This document shows positions 62,207-64,000 of a stretch of DNA of 64,000 bases, one piece after another. The DNA comes from a candidate division WOR-3 bacterium. GTDB taxonomy: Bacteria > Hydrothermota > Hydrothermia > JBDRYB01. The notes under the pieces are model-generated. The model was not told the origin of the DNA and ran no database searches. It saw only the letters and a program-made list of their open reading frames with translations. A program made the position numbers and the translations under genes. The stretch's first letter is position 1. Each line of letters begins with the position of its first letter. The stretch is from contig JBMFOM010000001.1 in NCBI GenBank assembly GCA_049969615.1, positions 47,199 to 111,198 on the forward strand. Reading direction: 5' to 3'.

Positions 62207-62298
62207 AACATTCTTATTGACCCTGAAAAAGACGGGTTTGTTCCGGGATAAGAGAACGCGCCTGTTTTCCGCGATCGGCCGCCAAAGACATCTTTTCC

Positions 62299-63831
62299 CT
62301 ATTCAAGGATGAACTTGCCGGCCAATCCAGGGGACTTTAGGAGATAAACACCAGAAGCCAGTCCAGCAAGAGAAATCCGGTTTTCACCCTTTGTTATATC
62401 CCGCGAAAGAACAGCCCTTCCAGCAACATCATAAAGGGAGAACCTGCCGGGCTTCCCCGCATTGAGCACTAGAGTATAGCCCATGAGGCGGAATCCAGGC
62501 GGAGGCGAAGTTCCGGCGCCCTCGCCAACAGAAGCCTCTATGGCGGCTTTGAGATTAGGAATCCCCCATCCTATATCATTATTGGGACTACCAGCGTTTG
62601 ACGCTGTCTCCATGAGGACCTGCCTTATCTCCATATTGGTCAGGCTGGGCCTCGCCTGGATCAAGAGCGCCGTGACCCCAGCTATAAGCGGTGTTGCAAG
62701 GGATGTTCCGGCATAATAATCATACCAGTTCGTGGTGTATGGGTCAACGGAATAGGTGGTGTTGCCCTGTGCGGAGAGTTCTGGCTTTATCCTGCCGTCA
62801 TAGGTGGGGCCACGAGATGAGAAATCCGTGACAACCGAGTCAGAATCAACCGCACCGACGGATATGCAACTGTCCGCATCCGCGGGAGCAATAAGGGTTC
62901 CCGGCATGGGACCAGAATTGCCCATCGCGGTAACACAGAGGAGGCCACGCTCCGCGGCTGAATCAACCGCGACTGTTGTCACGGCGTGATCGCCATCAAG
63001 GTCAGAGTAGTTATACCAGTCTATGTAACCAAGCGAGGATGAGGTTAGGTCGCAACCCAAGCCCTCAAGCCACTCAAGGCCTTGGACATACCAGACCTCT
63101 TCTATGGGCTGTTCGTCGCCCGTGTCCTCGGTCTTGGCAAGCGCGAACTGGGCTCTGGGCGCTATGCCTATGAATTCTCCTGGCCAGTATCCACCCACCG
63201 TCGCGGAGCATATTGAGCCATGGAAATCCTGGTTCCAGGGGTCGCCGCCCTGATCCCAGACAATAGTGTCCCCGTCTATGAAGTCCCACTGGGCAATGAC
63301 CCGCATGCTGTCAAAAGCGTGATGTCGGTCGCCTGGCTGAATGTGAAAGCCTGTGTCAAGAAACCCTATGAGAACGCCAGTGCCATCATAGCCCTGGTCG
63401 TGAGCCCATGGAACCTGCATCATCGCGGCTTGGTCATATGAGAGTCCGTATTGGGAAGGGTCCCATCTTGAGGGAACCCCGTCCAATACCCTGACCTCCG
63501 GGTGGGCCATCCTCGCGACCGGCCTTATCTCCCGGACGAAGGCCAGGGACTTTATCCTGGGGATGTCCTCGTCCTCCATCCAGAACGCGGCCCCGTTGAG
63601 CCAACGGGATGCGCCAATAAAAACGGGACCCATATCTTCTATCCATGATACATATGGCTGATAAACCGGAAGGTCACCGAATCCGACCGTGAAATGGTGC
63701 TTGATACGCCTTGCCTGCGCTTTCTCGGAAAGCGAGGCCCAGGCCTGATCGTAGTCCGAAGGGCCAACGGGGCCCTTGTCAGTGAAGAAAACCCAATGGG
63801 GATTCAGAGCTGCAAGAAGAAATAAGCTCAT
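62299..63831 (-). CDS. S8 (subtilisin-like) serine peptidase with T9SS-like C-terminal domain
   Basis: LDTGF, HGS, GNSG and GTSLATP; C-terminal LYDVAGR...LASGVY. Confidence 0.9.
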   Translation of the reverse strand: MSLFLLAALNPHWVFFTDKGPVGPSDYDQAWASLSEKAQARRIKHHFTVGFGDLPVYQPYVSWIEDMGPVFIGASRWLNGAAFWMEDEDIPRIKSLAFVREIRPVARMAHPEVRVLDGVPSRWDPSQYGLSYDQAAMMQVPWAHDQGYDGTGVLIGFLDTGFHIQPGDRHHAFDSMRVIAQWDFIDGDTIVWDQGGDPWNQDFHGSICSATVGGYWPGEFIGIAPRAQFALAKTEDTGDEQPIEEVWYVQGLEWLEGLGCDLTSSSLGYIDWYNYSDLDGDHAVTTVAVDSAAERGLLCVTAMGNSGPMPGTLIAPADADSCISVGAVDSDSVVTDFSSRGPTYDGRIKPELSAQGNTTYSVDPYTTNWYDYYAGTSLATPLIAGVTALLIQARPSLTNMEIRQVLMETASNAGSPNNDIGWGIPNLKAAIEASVGEGAGTSPPPGFRLMGYTLVLNAGKPGRFSLYDVAGRAVLSRDITKGENRISLAGLASGVYLLKSPGLAGKFILE

Positions 63832-64000
63832 GGACAAAGCTTAAAGCTGCGGGGTGTGTGTTTCCAAATAGCCACTTTTGCACCAGGGGTATGGAGGTGG
63901 GAATATATGAGAGCTCAGCTGTTGTGATCCTTTCCCCGGATGTGCTCATTTTTGATTCTCAGCATACCCCCCTGGTTTGAGAAAGCCCGGATGGGTCAGC

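Noticed and set aside
62219-62250. GACCCTGAAAAAGACGGGTTTGTTCC as another family A copy
   Set aside because: Only a short degenerate match to the element end; not counted

Overview
GC-rich bacterial chromosomal window made mostly of housekeeping and envelope genes. FlgD-Ig/T9SS-like C-terminal domains, BamA and LolA point to a diderm, possibly an FCB-associated lineage such as WOR-3; that placement is inference only. The window holds a minus-strand dcw cluster (mraZ-rsmH-ftsL-ftsI-murE-murF-mraY-murD-ftsW-murG-[MNT/HEPN-like]-murC-murB-ftsA-ftsZ-radical SAM). Other recognisable genes are dnaN, mrp, gltX, fabD, deoC, bamA, a ferredoxin, murQ, ligA, gatB, an mltD-like gene, lolA, sucD, rfbB and mnmG, plus secreted proteins. 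I found no rRNA, tRNA, CRISPR array or transposase. The most interesting signals are: (1) an SLBB/Wza-like + PqqD/RRE + HprK-like kinase + nucleotidyltransferase operon with no visible precursor peptide; (2) an apparently inactivated MNT-HEPN fusion translationally coupled inside the dcw operon; (3) a Gly-rich fibre-like protein paired with a small CTD-bearing partner; (4) a wHTH protein resembling a replication initiator, next to an AT-rich segment bounded by inverted repeats; (5) pervasive -10-box-N6-8-start (leaderless) gene architecture; (6) two families of non-autonomous MITE-like intergenic repeats.
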